Notes under the pieces: model-generated | Told to the model about the DNA's origin: nothing | Seen by the model: only the letters and a program-made list of their open reading frames with translations | The model's database searches: none | Program-made: the position numbers and the translations under genes | Assembly: GCA_910589335.1 (NCBI GenBank) | Contig: CAJUTW010000001.1 | Span: 7,972 to 71,971 of the forward strand | Direction: 5' to 3' | Origin: an uncultured Bacilli bacterium | GTDB taxonomy: Bacteria; Bacillota_I; Bacilli_A; RF39; UBA660 | DNA: 64,000 nucleotides | Part shown: positions 9,467 through 20,203 of the stretch, piece by piece | Layout of the letters: each line of letters opens with the position of its first letter | Numbering within the stretch: the first letter of the stretch is position 1

Positions 9467-10351
9467 GTGATAGAAGTAAAAGAAGATACTGATACTAGGT
9501 TAGATATTTTTTTAGCGAATAATTTAGGTGTATCACGTAGTAAAGTACAAAAGTTAGTTAAAGAGGGATTAGTTACTGTTAATTTAAAAGAAGTTAGTAG
9601 TTCATATCAGGTTAAATTAAATGATAAAATAGATATAAAAGATGATTTAAATTATGAGGCAAAAGTAGAAGCTGAAAATATTTTTCTAGATGTTATATTT
9701 GAAGATGATGATTTAATGATTATTAATAAAAAAAGTGGAATGGTTGTGCATCCTGCTCCAGGACATTATTCAAAAACTTTAGTTAATGCTTTATTATATC
9801 GAAATATAAGTTGTGGAGATAATTTAAGACCAGGTATAGTTCATCGTTTAGATAAAGATACAAGTGGATTAATGATTGTTGCTAAAAATGAAGAAATGCT
9901 TGAAAAATTATCTAAAATGATTAGTGAAAAAAAGGTAGAGAGAAAATACTTAGCGATTGTTGATGGTGTGATAAAACATGAAACAGGAGAAATTGATGCA
10001 CCAATTGGAAGAGATATATCTAATAGGCAAAAAATGGCTGTTTCAGATATTAATAGTAAAGAAGCTATTACACATTTTAAAGTGTTAGAGCGATTTAATA
10101 AAAATACTTTAATTGAATGTGTTTTAGATACAGGTAGAACACATCAAATTAGAGTACATCTTGCTTATATAGGATATCCAGTTTGTAATGATCCTGCTTA
10201 TGGAAGGGGAAAATCAACAGAATTTGGGCAAATGTTACATTCTTATTCTATAAAATTTGTTCATCCAAGAACTGGAGCAATACTTAATTATGAAGTAGAA
10301 GCACCAATAGAATTTAGAGAAAAATTAGAAGAATTAAGAAATAGTAATTAA
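9467..10351 (+). CDS. RluA-family 23S rRNA pseudouridine synthase (RluD-like)
   Basis: S4 domain at the N-terminus. Catalytic HRLDKDTSGLMIVAKN and RTHQIRVHL motifs. GTG start after AAGGAGGGG. Confidence 0.85.
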   Translation: MIEVKEDTDTRLDIFLANNLGVSRSKVQKLVKEGLVTVNLKEVSSSYQVKLNDKIDIKDDLNYEAKVEAENIFLDVIFEDDDLMIINKKSGMVVHPAPGHYSKTLVNALLYRNISCGDNLRPGIVHRLDKDTSGLMIVAKNEEMLEKLSKMISEKKVERKYLAIVDGVIKHETGEIDAPIGRDISNRQKMAVSDINSKEAITHFKVLERFNKNTLIECVLDTGRTHQIRVHLAYIGYPVCNDPAYGRGKSTEFGQMLHSYSIKFVHPRTGAILNYEVEAPIEFREKLEELRNSN

Positions 10352-10430
10352 AAGTTTTAAAAATAACAAATTTGTAATGTATGGATAAAAGAAAATGTGA
10401 TAAAATATAAATATAATGTAATATGAAAAA

Positions 10431-11009
10431 ATGGAAGTGAATTATGTGAAAGGTGAAAAAGAAGAGTTTGAAAATATTATAAAAGATATTATAAGTAATG
10501 AAACAGTGCAGAAAATGAAAAATTTTAGACAACACTGTAATATATCTTGTTATGAACATTGTTATAGAACAGCTTTTTATTGTTATAAAATTTGTAAAAA
10601 ATTTAATTGGGATTATAAAGCTGTAGCTAGAGCTAGTATGTTACATGATTTGTTCTTATATGATTGGAGAGTTAAAAGTAATCGAAAAGGATTACATGCA
10701 TTTACACATCCAAAAGCAGCATATGATAATGCTTCTAGGATATTTAAATTATCAAAAAAGGAAAAAGATATAATTGTAAAACATATGTGGCCTCTTACAA
10801 TAACTCCACCAAAGTATAAAGAAAGTTATATTTTGACATTAATGGATAAGTTTTCAGCAACAAAAGAGAGCTTTGAATATACAGTTGAATGTGTAAAGAA
10901 AAATCAGACTTTAAAATATACTTATGTTTTTTTAGCTTTTATTTTGATGAACTTTTATAGAAAAGGAAAATTTGTTTTAGCGACTTTGTTAAAAATGATA
11001 TGGTTATAA
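10431..11009 (+). CDS. HD-domain phosphohydrolase-like protein
   Basis: H...MLHDLF...H...H spacing typical of HD domains. Confidence 0.4.
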   Translation: MEVNYVKGEKEEFENIIKDIISNETVQKMKNFRQHCNISCYEHCYRTAFYCYKICKKFNWDYKAVARASMLHDLFLYDWRVKSNRKGLHAFTHPKAAYDNASRIFKLSKKEKDIIVKHMWPLTITPPKYKESYILTLMDKFSATKESFEYTVECVKKNQTLKYTYVFLAFILMNFYRKGKFVLATLLKMIWL

Positions 11010-11083
11010 ATATATTTTATAGCTATTTTTCTTTGAAATATATATTTTTTATGATATAATATACGAAAAAAAGGAGTGGTAGA

Positions 11084-11617
11084 ATGAGTAAAGAAAAAAA
11101 TAAAGTATATATTTTTGATGAAAAGGGAATGAATAATTTAAAAAAAAAATTACAAAAATTAAAAGAAGAATTAGCTAGTATTCAAAGTTATATTAAAGAA
11201 TCAGCTTTTGATAGGAAAGATTTGTGTGGAATTCAAATAGATGCTCAGAGTGTTGGAAGACTTCAATTTCAAATATATACAATAGAAGAAAAATTAGAGA
11301 ATGCTGTTTTATTAGAAGAAAGTGATAAAAATGATAATATAACTTATATTGGTGATGTTTTAGAACTTTTTTTAGATTTTGGTGATGATAAAGAAAGAAT
11401 GATTTTACGTTTAGGTACAATTCATCAATTTGATAGTGAAGATGGTATAGAAGTAATTTCTATCGAAAGTGATTTAGGTAAGGCAGTATATAAGAAAGAA
11501 ATTGGTACAACAGTTTCTTATGGAAAAAATAATGAGTTTAAAGCAGAAATAATAAGAAAAGTTAATGAAATGGATAAAGAAGCTATAAATAAACCTTCTC
11601 AATTACTAAAAAAATAA
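11084..11617 (+). CDS. GreA/GreB-family transcription elongation factor paralog
   Basis: N-terminal coiled coil plus a C-terminal FKBP-like Gre motif (DGIEVISIESDLGKAVYKKEIGTTVSY). A canonical greA also lies at 27412. Confidence 0.5.
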   Translation: MSKEKNKVYIFDEKGMNNLKKKLQKLKEELASIQSYIKESAFDRKDLCGIQIDAQSVGRLQFQIYTIEEKLENAVLLEESDKNDNITYIGDVLELFLDFGDDKERMILRLGTIHQFDSEDGIEVISIESDLGKAVYKKEIGTTVSYGKNNEFKAEIIRKVNEMDKEAINKPSQLLKK

Positions 11618-11658
11618 AAAAGCGTGGCAATTAATAGTTGCTATGCTTTACTTTTTTT
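11618..11658 (+). terminator. Rho-independent terminator
   Basis: 12-bp stem (two G-U pairs) AAAGCGTGGCAA/TTGCTATGCTTT, then T7. Confidence 0.5.
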
Positions 11659-11699
11659 ATATAATAGTATTATAATCTTTTTTATAAGGGGAGAGTTGT

Positions 11700-13538
11700 A
11701 TGATAAAAATTAAAGAATTATCTTTCAATGAAGAAATTTTTAGAAATATATATTTAAGAAAATTATTAGTAGGAGAAATACAAGGACCATTAACAAATTT
11801 ACCTGGTGTAGATAAAGAATGGTTGAAATATTATTCTGAAGAACAAATAAAAAGTAATTTACCAGAAGAAACTATATCAGATTATATGGAAAAAGGAAAT
11901 TTAGAATATCTTAATAATTATGCAATAATATATTTTGATAAAAAGATAACTTATAGAGAATTTTTTCAAAGACGAGATGAATGTGTTGCTAGTCTTATAA
12001 AAAATAATATTAGACAAGGAGATGTTGTAACAATATGTATGCCAGGTACTCCAGAGACTTTAGTAGTTTTTTATGCATTAAATAAAATAGGTGCAATAGC
12101 ACATATGGTTCATCCATTGTCTAGTGAAAATCAAATTAAAGACTATGTTAATAAAGTAGATTCAAAATTAATTATAACTATTGATGCATCATATGAAAAA
12201 GTAAAAAATATTTGTGATCAGACTAATATTAAAAAAATTGTAAATGTTGCTCCAAATGATTCTATGCCTTTTCCTTTAAACATAATTTATCCACTTACTA
12301 AATCTGCTACAAAAGTTAAAGATAAAAAGAATATGGTTAGTTGGAAAGATTTTTTAAAAGAAGGTAAAAATGTTAATGTTGAGAATTATATTGTAGGATA
12401 TAATAAAGATCGAATTTCTGTTCTTTTACAAACTGGTGGAACAACAGGAATATCTAAGTGTGTTGCATTAACTGATTATAATTTTAATTCAATGGTTGAA
12501 CAATTTAAAGTTAATGCACAAAATTTTGAACGTGGAGATCGTATGTTAACTATAATGCCCCCATTTCATGGATTTGGATTATGTAGTTCTATGCATTTAC
12601 CACTTTCATATGGTGTTACTATTGTATTAATTCCTAAGATAAATATAGAGCAAATTGATAAATTAATTATGAAATATTCAATTAATGACATAATTGGAGT
12701 ACCAACTTTATTTAGAGGAATGAAAATGGTAGTTAATAAGAAGAAAGAATTAGGAAAAATAAAAAATTTTAATTTGTCAAATATGAAGTATGCAGTAAGT
12801 GGAGGTTCGCTTGTAAATAATGGATTCGAAAAAGAAATTGACGATTTCATAGGAATTAATGGAGGAAATATTAAATTAAGTAAAGGTTATGGTTTGTCTG
12901 AAGCTGTTGCAGGAGTAACATTTGCTGATCAAACTATGAAAGATGAAAATTCAGTTGGAATACCTATGATACATACAAATATTAAAATAGTAGATCCTGA
13001 GACAGGATATGAATTAGAAAATAATCAAGTTGGAGAGATATGTATTAATGGTCCAACTGTTATGAAGGAGTATTATAAAAATCCTTTAGAAACTAAAGAG
13101 GCATTAATAGATGGATGGTTACATACAGGTGATTTTGGTTATATTAATTCAGGACAATTATACTTTTGTGATCGTAAAGGAAATATGATTATTTCTAGTG
13201 GTGTTAATGTATATCCTAATGAAATAGAGCAGGTTATTGAGTCACATAAAGCAGTAGCTTCCTGTGCTGTAATAGGAGTAAAACATCCATATAAAGAAGA
13301 AGTTCCTAAAGCGTTTATATGTTTAAAAGAAGGGTATGAGCCATCAGATGAATTAGATAGAGAGATTGAAAATCTTTGTAGAAAAAATTTAGATAGGTAT
13401 TCGCAACCATATTCTTATGAGTATATAAAAGAATTACCTCATACACTTTTAGGAAAAGTAAGTCATGCAGAGTTAAAAAAAGAAGAAGAGTTAAATAATA
13501 ATCAGGGTAAAGTATTAAAAAAAATCGGAGGAATATAA
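11700..13538 (+). CDS. AMP-forming acyl-CoA synthetase (long-chain fatty acid-CoA ligase family)
   Basis: AMP-binding motifs LLQTGGTTGISKCV, YGLSEA and GWLHTGD. Confidence 0.8.
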   Translation: MIKIKELSFNEEIFRNIYLRKLLVGEIQGPLTNLPGVDKEWLKYYSEEQIKSNLPEETISDYMEKGNLEYLNNYAIIYFDKKITYREFFQRRDECVASLIKNNIRQGDVVTICMPGTPETLVVFYALNKIGAIAHMVHPLSSENQIKDYVNKVDSKLIITIDASYEKVKNICDQTNIKKIVNVAPNDSMPFPLNIIYPLTKSATKVKDKKNMVSWKDFLKEGKNVNVENYIVGYNKDRISVLLQTGGTTGISKCVALTDYNFNSMVEQFKVNAQNFERGDRMLTIMPPFHGFGLCSSMHLPLSYGVTIVLIPKINIEQIDKLIMKYSINDIIGVPTLFRGMKMVVNKKKELGKIKNFNLSNMKYAVSGGSLVNNGFEKEIDDFIGINGGNIKLSKGYGLSEAVAGVTFADQTMKDENSVGIPMIHTNIKIVDPETGYELENNQVGEICINGPTVMKEYYKNPLETKEALIDGWLHTGDFGYINSGQLYFCDRKGNMIISSGVNVYPNEIEQVIESHKAVASCAVIGVKHPYKEEVPKAFICLKEGYEPSDELDREIENLCRKNLDRYSQPYSYEYIKELPHTLLGKVSHAELKKEEELNNNQGKVLKKIGGI

Positions 13539-13539
13539 A

Positions 13540-14967
13540 ATGAAAGTTGCATTTGATGTTGATGGAGTTTTTACTGATTTAGAAAAATTTCAACTAAATT
13601 ATGGTAAAAAGTTTTTTAAGAATGTTAAGAATATTGATGATACAGGCTATGATATTTGTGATATTTTTCATTGTAGTAGAGAGGAAAGAGAAAAATTTTG
13701 GACAAAATATATATGGAAATATAGTTTAGCAGAACCTATTAGAAAAGATGCAAAATTAGTTATTGATAAGCTGAAAGAAGATGAAAATGAAATCTATATT
13801 ATTACTGGGAGAGCTCATACTACTGAGGATAATGCTATTGGTAGTTTGTTTCGAAAGATAATTGAATATTGGTTAAGAAAAAATGGTATAAAATACGATG
13901 GGATATATTATTGTGCAGAAGATAATAATTCTGATGAAAAGTTTATGATTTGTCAAAAATTAGGCATAGATGTTATGGTTGAAGATAAAAAGGAAAACAT
14001 TGATAAGATTGGTGAAATTGCTGATGTTATTTGTATGAATGCTAAATATAATCGAGATATTAATAGAGAAAATGTTTTTCGTGTTGATGATTTTTCACAA
14101 ATTTATAATTTCCTTTGTAATAAAAAAGATAAAATAGATGAAAATATAAAAAGATTTTCTAAAGATGAATTTAAAACTAGCTATGGTATAGTTAGAGCAA
14201 TTGGTACTCCTATTTTTAAATTCCTTTTGAAACCTACTATTATTAATAAAGAATTTATTCCTAATGATGGACCATTACTATTATGTGGAAATCATCTACA
14301 TGTTTGGGATCAATTTCCAGTTATATGTTCTACAAAGAGGACTACACATTGGATGTCCAAAAAAGAATATTTTGATGGTAAAATGGGACCATTTTTTAGA
14401 AAAACAGGTGCTATTTCTGTAGATCGATTTGGCAATCCTCATGAATCTGTAAATGAAGCTTTAAATTATTTAGCAATAGGTAGTGCAGTGGGACTTTTTC
14501 CTGAAGGAACTAGAAATCATTTGAAGATGAGTAAAATTAAAGAATTATATGATGAAGTTAATTGTGGTTTATCTGAAGAAGAATTTAGTCAGATTTTGAT
14601 AGAACAGCAACCATTATTGTCTCAAATTAATATTTTAAGACAATTATATCTTGATGGGGAAATATCACAAAAAGAATATATGGATGCGATTATTAATGTA
14701 GATTCTTATTTGAAAAATAATTTTTCTGAAAACTTTTATTATGACTCTTTACTTTTACCTTTTAAATTTGGTGCTGTTTCAATGGCACAGAAAAGTAATG
14801 CAACAATAGTTCCTTTTGCTGTAACTGGTGATTATAAAATTGGTAATGATAATTTGGTTGTTAATTATGGAGAAGGTTTTAAAATTAGTGATAGGTCTTT
14901 AGAAGAGGCTAATACTGAATTAAGAAAAAATGTTTTGGCTTTATTAAAACAAAATAAAAAAATGTAA
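13540..14967 (+). CDS. Fusion protein: N-terminal HAD-like (5'-nucleotidase-type) domain plus C-terminal PlsC-type lysophospholipid acyltransferase
   Basis: HAD motif I FDVDGVFTD. Acyltransferase HX4D (GNHLHVWD) and FPEGTR motifs. Confidence 0.65.
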   Translation: MKVAFDVDGVFTDLEKFQLNYGKKFFKNVKNIDDTGYDICDIFHCSREEREKFWTKYIWKYSLAEPIRKDAKLVIDKLKEDENEIYIITGRAHTTEDNAIGSLFRKIIEYWLRKNGIKYDGIYYCAEDNNSDEKFMICQKLGIDVMVEDKKENIDKIGEIADVICMNAKYNRDINRENVFRVDDFSQIYNFLCNKKDKIDENIKRFSKDEFKTSYGIVRAIGTPIFKFLLKPTIINKEFIPNDGPLLLCGNHLHVWDQFPVICSTKRTTHWMSKKEYFDGKMGPFFRKTGAISVDRFGNPHESVNEALNYLAIGSAVGLFPEGTRNHLKMSKIKELYDEVNCGLSEEEFSQILIEQQPLLSQINILRQLYLDGEISQKEYMDAIINVDSYLKNNFSENFYYDSLLLPFKFGAVSMAQKSNATIVPFAVTGDYKIGNDNLVVNYGEGFKISDRSLEEANTELRKNVLALLKQNKKM

Positions 14968-14971
14968 CTCA

Positions 14972-15000
14972 TTGTAAAGTTATATTTTTTTTGGTATAAT
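14972..15000 (+). promoter_or_regulatory. Sigma-A-type promoter (TTGTAA-N17-TGgTATAAT) for the hybrid kinase gene
   Basis: Extended -10 consensus about 27 nt upstream of the start. Confidence 0.45.
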
Positions 15001-15026
15001 TTACTAAGATAGAGAGTGGTATTATT

Positions 15027-17393
15027 ATGAATTCTATAATTTTTCAAATATGTAGTATTTTTTATATTTTTATGTTAATGATTTTCTTTTTTAGTAAAAA
15101 AAGAGTAAATACAGAGGAAAATAAAATATTTTCTTATATCCTTATTTGTAATTTTATTGGATTAATTTTAGATATATTTAGCATTTTTACAATTTTATAT
15201 TCAGATAAAATACCAATTATTAATATTTTAGTTTGTAAAGGATATTTAGTATATTTACTTTCATGGATTACTTTATTTACTATTTATATTTTTGTTATTT
15301 CAAAGAAAAAAGATGATTTAAAAAAATATAATGAATGCATTATAAGAGTTAAAAAAAATCTTTTTGTTATTTTTGGTTTCTTTTTCGGCTTTATTTTTAT
15401 TTTACCTTTATATTATAATAAAACACCAGGTTATGTTTATTCATATGGTCCTGCTGCATATGTTTTATATTTATATAGTGGAGTTTGTTTGATTGTATGG
15501 ATTATTGTATTATTAAAAAGCTATAAAAATATTAAGCGAATGAAATGTCTTCCTATTTTTTCATATATGGTTTTAGGTACTATTGTGATATTTATTCAAT
15601 TATTAAATCCTAGTTTATTGTTAATGACTTCTATGGAAAGTTTTATTATATTTATTATGTATAATACTATTGAAAATCCAGATGTTAAAATGATTCAAGA
15701 GTTGGAGGTTGCTAAAGATCAAGCATATAGAGCAAATCAAGCTAAAACTGATTTTTTATCTAGTATGTCTCATGAGATTAGAACTCCTTTAAATGCTATA
15801 GTTGGTTTTAGTGATTGTATAGTAGATGCTAAAAGTTTAGATGAAGCTAAAGATAATGCTCAAGATATTGTTAATGCTTCACAAACTTTATTAGAAATCG
15901 TTAATGGTATTTTAGATATTTCAAAAATTGAAGCAGGTAAAATAGAAATTGTAAATTCTAATTATAATGCTCCAAATATTTTTTTAGAACTTGCTAAATT
16001 AATAACTCCAAAGATGAGAGAAAAGGGACTTGATTTTTCTTTTAATATTGCTGGAGATATTCCTAATACCTTATGTGGTGATCATGCAAATTTGAAAAAA
16101 GTCATTACAAATTTACTTAGTAATGCATGTAAATATACTGAGCGTGGGTTTGTACATTATGAAGTTAATTGTGTAAATAGTAATAATATTTGTAAATTGA
16201 TAATTTCTGTAGAAGACTCAGGACAAGGTATAAAGAATGATGATGTTGATAAATTGTTTACAAAGTTTCAAAGATTTGATGAAGAAAAAAATGCAACTAT
16301 AGAAGGTACTGGACTTGGTCTTGCAATTACAAAACAATTAGTTGAACTTATGGGTGGAAGGATATTAGTTCATACTGTTTATGGACAAGGTTCTAAGTTT
16401 ACAGTTGTTGTAAATCAAAAAATAGAAAAAGATGATGATAAAAATAAAAAAAGGTTAAAATCGACACTAGATCTTAAAAATGTAAAAATATTATTAGTTG
16501 ATGATACTCTTCTTAATTTAAAAGTTGCAATGAAACTTTTTCAAAAGTATAATGCGAATATGATTGATACTTGTGATAGTGGATTTTTATGTTTAGAAAA
16601 GATAAAATCAGGAGAAGTTTATGATATAATTTTACTTGATGATATGATGCCTAAAATGAGTGGAGTTGAAACTTTAAAAAAATTAAGAGAAATTCCTGGA
16701 TTTAATATTCCAGTTGTTGCAATGACAGCGAATGCTATTAGTGGAATGCGAGAAAAATATATAGAAGATGGTTTTAATGATTATTTAGCTAAACCTATTG
16801 AAAAAGAACAATTAATTCATGTTTTAAATAATATCTTAGGTAGAAGTATTACAGAAAGTATTGAAATTCCAAGAGAAGAGATTGATGCAGCAATTAGAAA
16901 TGATAGTGAAAAGTTTAATCAAAAAGTAATTCCAGTTGGAGAGATAGAAACATTAGAGATAGAAGATGATAATATGAATCAGTTTAGAAGTATGACGGAA
17001 AAAGACGAAAATATTGCTAATAGTAGTTTTGATGGTTATAGTTATTTAGAAAATAATGGTGTAGACTTAGAATATGCGTTAAGTTTACTTGGAGATATTG
17101 AAATGTATAATATGACTATTAGTGATTTTTCAGAAGAAGTTGAAGAAAAATGGAATAATATAACTTTATATAAAAATAATAATGATATGAAAAATTATAC
17201 AATAGATGTACATTCTCTAAAAAGTGATTGTAAATATTTAGGTTTTATGAAACTTGCAGATATTTCATATCAACATGAACTTAAAAGTAGGGAAAATGAT
17301 TTAGAGTTTGTAAATAATAATTTTGAAAAATTAGAAAAAGAATATAAAAAAGTCTTAGAAATCACTAAGACATATGTTAAAAATATTAAATAA
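15027..17393 (+). CDS. Hybrid sensor histidine kinase (7TM sensor, HisKA, HATPase, REC, HPt)
   Basis: Seven N-terminal TM helices. H-box SHEIRTPLNAI. N/G boxes (LLSNACKYT, DSGQGI, GTGLGLAI). Receiver with LLDDMMPKMSG. HPt with HSLKSDCKYLG. Confidence 0.85.
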   Translation: MNSIIFQICSIFYIFMLMIFFFSKKRVNTEENKIFSYILICNFIGLILDIFSIFTILYSDKIPIINILVCKGYLVYLLSWITLFTIYIFVISKKKDDLKKYNECIIRVKKNLFVIFGFFFGFIFILPLYYNKTPGYVYSYGPAAYVLYLYSGVCLIVWIIVLLKSYKNIKRMKCLPIFSYMVLGTIVIFIQLLNPSLLLMTSMESFIIFIMYNTIENPDVKMIQELEVAKDQAYRANQAKTDFLSSMSHEIRTPLNAIVGFSDCIVDAKSLDEAKDNAQDIVNASQTLLEIVNGILDISKIEAGKIEIVNSNYNAPNIFLELAKLITPKMREKGLDFSFNIAGDIPNTLCGDHANLKKVITNLLSNACKYTERGFVHYEVNCVNSNNICKLIISVEDSGQGIKNDDVDKLFTKFQRFDEEKNATIEGTGLGLAITKQLVELMGGRILVHTVYGQGSKFTVVVNQKIEKDDDKNKKRLKSTLDLKNVKILLVDDTLLNLKVAMKLFQKYNANMIDTCDSGFLCLEKIKSGEVYDIILLDDMMPKMSGVETLKKLREIPGFNIPVVAMTANAISGMREKYIEDGFNDYLAKPIEKEQLIHVLNNILGRSITESIEIPREEIDAAIRNDSEKFNQKVIPVGEIETLEIEDDNMNQFRSMTEKDENIANSSFDGYSYLENNGVDLEYALSLLGDIEMYNMTISDFSEEVEEKWNNITLYKNNNDMKNYTIDVHSLKSDCKYLGFMKLADISYQHELKSRENDLEFVNNNFEKLEKEYKKVLEITKTYVKNIK

Positions 17394-17461
17394 TTATTTG
17401 AAATAAAAGGAATTGTGTCAATTTTTGGAAACAATTCTTTTTTACTTAAATTATCTATTTT

Positions 17462-17917
17462 TTAATTAATTATATAAATTGTAAGAGATAAAATACTGGC
17501 GAATAAAGATAGTAAAATATAAGGAATTAGAAGTTTACTTTGTTTACTTTGAATTAAAGCTGTTTCTTCATATAAAAATAAAGTTGATATAAAAGTTCCT
17601 AATGATGAGATAAATCCTAAAAATGGATTTTTTAACATAAAAAATAAAATTGGAAATGATTGATTAAATATATAGTTTATTAATAAAGTTATTTTGTAAC
17701 TTATTTTTATATCTTTAAATTTAAAAGATATAAAAATATTATAAATTGATATAGAAATAAGTATGTAAATAATTGTCCAGGATATACTATAAAATAATGG
17801 TGGTGGAGTAAAGAATGGTAAATTTATTTCATTAAAATAGTTATAATTTATAGGTAAAATATTATTTAGAAACCATGGTGTTAAGCATAAAATATAAATA
17901 AAGATTTTTTTTAACAA
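17462..17917 (-). CDS. TspO/MBR-family (tryptophan-rich sensory protein)-like membrane protein
   Basis: Five TM helices with PPPLFYSISWTIIY, resembling the TspO PP..F...W motif. Confidence 0.45.
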   Translation of the reverse strand: MLKKIFIYILCLTPWFLNNILPINYNYFNEINLPFFTPPPLFYSISWTIIYILISISIYNIFISFKFKDIKISYKITLLINYIFNQSFPILFFMLKNPFLGFISSLGTFISTLFLYEETALIQSKQSKLLIPYILLSLFASILSLTIYIIN

Positions 17918-17986
17918 ATAATCATCTCCTCTTTAAATATTTTATGTTTTATATTATAATAATATTAGTCTTTTAGGAGGAATTTT

Positions 17987-19141
17987 ATGGAAAGTGAATT
18001 ATTGTTAGATAATAAAAATGTTATTACTATGAAATTGTTACATTACTTTATTACTGAGAAGAATTATAATCCTATTATTTTACAAGGTGTTGAAAATGAA
18101 ATATGGCTTGAAAATTTAGAAGAGGATTGTAAAGTAGTTAGAATTGTATCTGGGTATATACATAATGATGAACAATTTAATTTTGATGTTTTTAAGACTA
18201 AAAGAATTTTAAAGAAGATAAAGAAAAAAACATTTACTTTTAGTGTAAATGTTATGAGTATCTTTTTAGATATGGGAGAGAATGTTACAAAAGAGATTAA
18301 TGTTGATCCTAAGCTTATGTGTATTAATGTTCATAATGAAGAGGATATTGTAAAGAGTGATATTATTAAAAATAAGTTTCCGGATTTAGATAGTAAAATG
18401 GTTTATAATGAAAATGGTATGGAATTATTTGTGAAGATTACAAATGATATAAATAAACATAATAAAGATGATGCTAGTAGATTAGAAGAAGTTTTTAAAA
18501 GTAAAGTTCCATATATAACTTATTTTTTAATTGCTTTTAATATATTTTTATTTATATTACCAATGGTAATAGGGCAATATGAGCATATTATTAGAATGTT
18601 TAGTATACATGGTCCTAGTATTAGATCAGGTCAATATTATAGATTACTTACTGGTATTTTCTTACATGGAAGTCTTATGCATTTAATTTTTAATTGTTAT
18701 GCATTATATGTAATAGGTACACAAATTGAGAATTTTTTAGGTAAATTTAAATATATAATTATTTATTTATTTTCTGGAATTATAGGAGCATTTTTCTCAA
18801 TTATTTTTGGAGGTAATATTTTATCAATAGGTGCAAGTGGTGCGATATTTGGTCTTATGGGTGCTTTAGTTTATTTTGGTTATTTTTATAGAGTCTATTT
18901 AGGAAATGTTTTAAAGAGTCAAATTATTCCTTTAATATTATTAAATCTTGCGATTGGTTTTTTAGGAGAGGGAATAGATAATGCTGCTCATATAGGTGGT
19001 TTAATTGGAGGATTATTTATAACAATGGCTTTAGGTGTAAAAGATAAGTCATCAAAGATAGAGAAAGTAAATGGATTTATTATTACAGTATTATTCTTCT
19101 CTTTTGTTGCTTATATGGGACTTATTTTAGCTGGTAAATAA
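17987..19141 (+). CDS. Rhomboid-family intramembrane serine protease with an N-terminal cytoplasmic domain
   Basis: Catalytic GASGAIFGLMGA (Ser) and AHIGGLIGG (His) motifs in a 6-TM core. Confidence 0.8.
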   Translation: MESELLLDNKNVITMKLLHYFITEKNYNPIILQGVENEIWLENLEEDCKVVRIVSGYIHNDEQFNFDVFKTKRILKKIKKKTFTFSVNVMSIFLDMGENVTKEINVDPKLMCINVHNEEDIVKSDIIKNKFPDLDSKMVYNENGMELFVKITNDINKHNKDDASRLEEVFKSKVPYITYFLIAFNIFLFILPMVIGQYEHIIRMFSIHGPSIRSGQYYRLLTGIFLHGSLMHLIFNCYALYVIGTQIENFLGKFKYIIIYLFSGIIGAFFSIIFGGNILSIGASGAIFGLMGALVYFGYFYRVYLGNVLKSQIIPLILLNLAIGFLGEGIDNAAHIGGLIGGLFITMALGVKDKSSKIEKVNGFIITVLFFSFVAYMGLILAGK

Positions 19142-19209
19142 TTAGTTTTATTGTATTAAATATAGATTAATGGTAAAATTATGATATGATATTAGAGTGA
19201 GGTGATAAT

Positions 19210-19464
19210 ATGCCACAAGAAAAAACTAGTTTATTTGATATTAGAGAAATTGATGCAGAACTTACAAGAGTTACTTTGAAAGAAGTATATGAAGCTTTAG
19301 AAGAAAGAGGTTATAATCCAACTAATCAAATTGTTGGTTACTTAATTAGTGGAGACCCTGGGTATATTTCAAGTTATAAAGATGCTAGAAATAAAATTCA
19401 AGAAATTGATCGTGCTAAGATAGTAGAAATTTTACTTGTAGAATTTCAAAATTATAATAAATGA
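19210..19464 (+). CDS. IreB-family regulatory phosphoprotein (UPF0297, YrzL-like)
   Basis: [30 protein letters not shown] signature. First gene of the conserved yrzL-ruvX-yrzB-mltG block. Confidence 0.8.
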   Translation: MPQEKTSLFDIREIDAELTRVTLKEVYEALEERGYNPTNQIVGYLISGDPGYISSYKDARNKIQEIDRAKIVEILLVEFQNYNK

Positions 19465-19871
19465 AATATTTAGGTTTAGATTTAGGAAGTAGAACTTTAG
19501 GTGTTGCAGTAAGTGATAAAACTGGATTAATTGCTAGTAATTATAAAGTTATACGTCATAATGAAGAGTATGATAGATTACTTAATGAAGTTTTGTTATT
19601 AGTTAAAGAATTAGAAATAGAAGCAATTGTATTAGGATTTCCTAAAAATATGAATAATACAATAGGCCCTAAGGGAGAATTAAGCTTAAATTTTAAAGAA
19701 GAATTAGAAAAAATAGTTAATATACCTGTTTTTTTGCAAGATGAAAGACTTTCTACTAAAAGTGCAACTGATATGTTGATACAGGGAAATGTTTCTAGAA
19801 AAGCAAGAAAAAAAGTGGTGGATAGTGTTGCTGCTACAATAATATTACAAACATATTTAGATAGGAGTTAG
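19461..19871 (+). CDS. ruvX: Holliday-junction resolvase-like RNase YqgF/RuvX
   Basis: [20 protein letters not shown]-terminus. ATGA overlap with the upstream gene. Confidence 0.85.
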   Translation: MKYLGLDLGSRTLGVAVSDKTGLIASNYKVIRHNEEYDRLLNEVLLLVKELEIEAIVLGFPKNMNNTIGPKGELSLNFKEELEKIVNIPVFLQDERLSTKSATDMLIQGNVSRKARKKVVDSVAATIILQTYLDRS

Positions 19872-19876
19872 AAAAT

Positions 19877-20179
19877 ATGAAAAAAAATACGTTTACAATG
19901 TTAGATGAAAATGGAAATGAAGTAGTATATGATGTATTATTTACATTTGAAAGTGATGAGACAAATAAAAATTATATTGTTTATACAGATAATAAAAAAG
20001 ATGAAACTGGTAATGTAGAAGTTTATGCATCTATTTATGATCCAAATGATCCTAAGAGTAAATTAGAAGCAATTACTACTGAAAAGGAATGGAAAGTAAT
20101 TGAAACAATTTTAGATACATTACAAGAAGAAGTTAGAAACAAGATGGGTAAATCTGAGCAAGAAAATATTGAGCAATAG
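19877..20179 (+). CDS. DUF1292 (YrzB-like) protein
   Basis: LDENGNEVVYDVLFTFESDETNKNYIVYTD signature, in conserved synteny. Confidence 0.7.
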   Translation: MKKNTFTMLDENGNEVVYDVLFTFESDETNKNYIVYTDNKKDETGNVEVYASIYDPNDPKSKLEAITTEKEWKVIETILDTLQEEVRNKMGKSEQENIEQ

Positions 20180-20203
20180 CTCTTTATTTTTTCTGGAGGT
20201 TAT

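Noticed and set aside
10314-10559. 81-aa minus-strand ORF (FHF-rich low complexity)
   Set aside because: It overlaps the 3' end of the pseudouridine synthase gene and the 5' end of the HD-domain gene. Composition is typical of antisense AT-rich sequence.
11193-11420. Antisense ORFs inside larger genes (also 12566-12850, 14865-15047, 22308-22541, 26693-26917, 34956-35174, 41998-42210, 50006-50212; same-strand internal ORFs at 33882-34067, 52624-52830, 53500-53685)
   Set aside because: All are embedded in long ORFs with clear domain content and lack an RBS. Treated as spurious.
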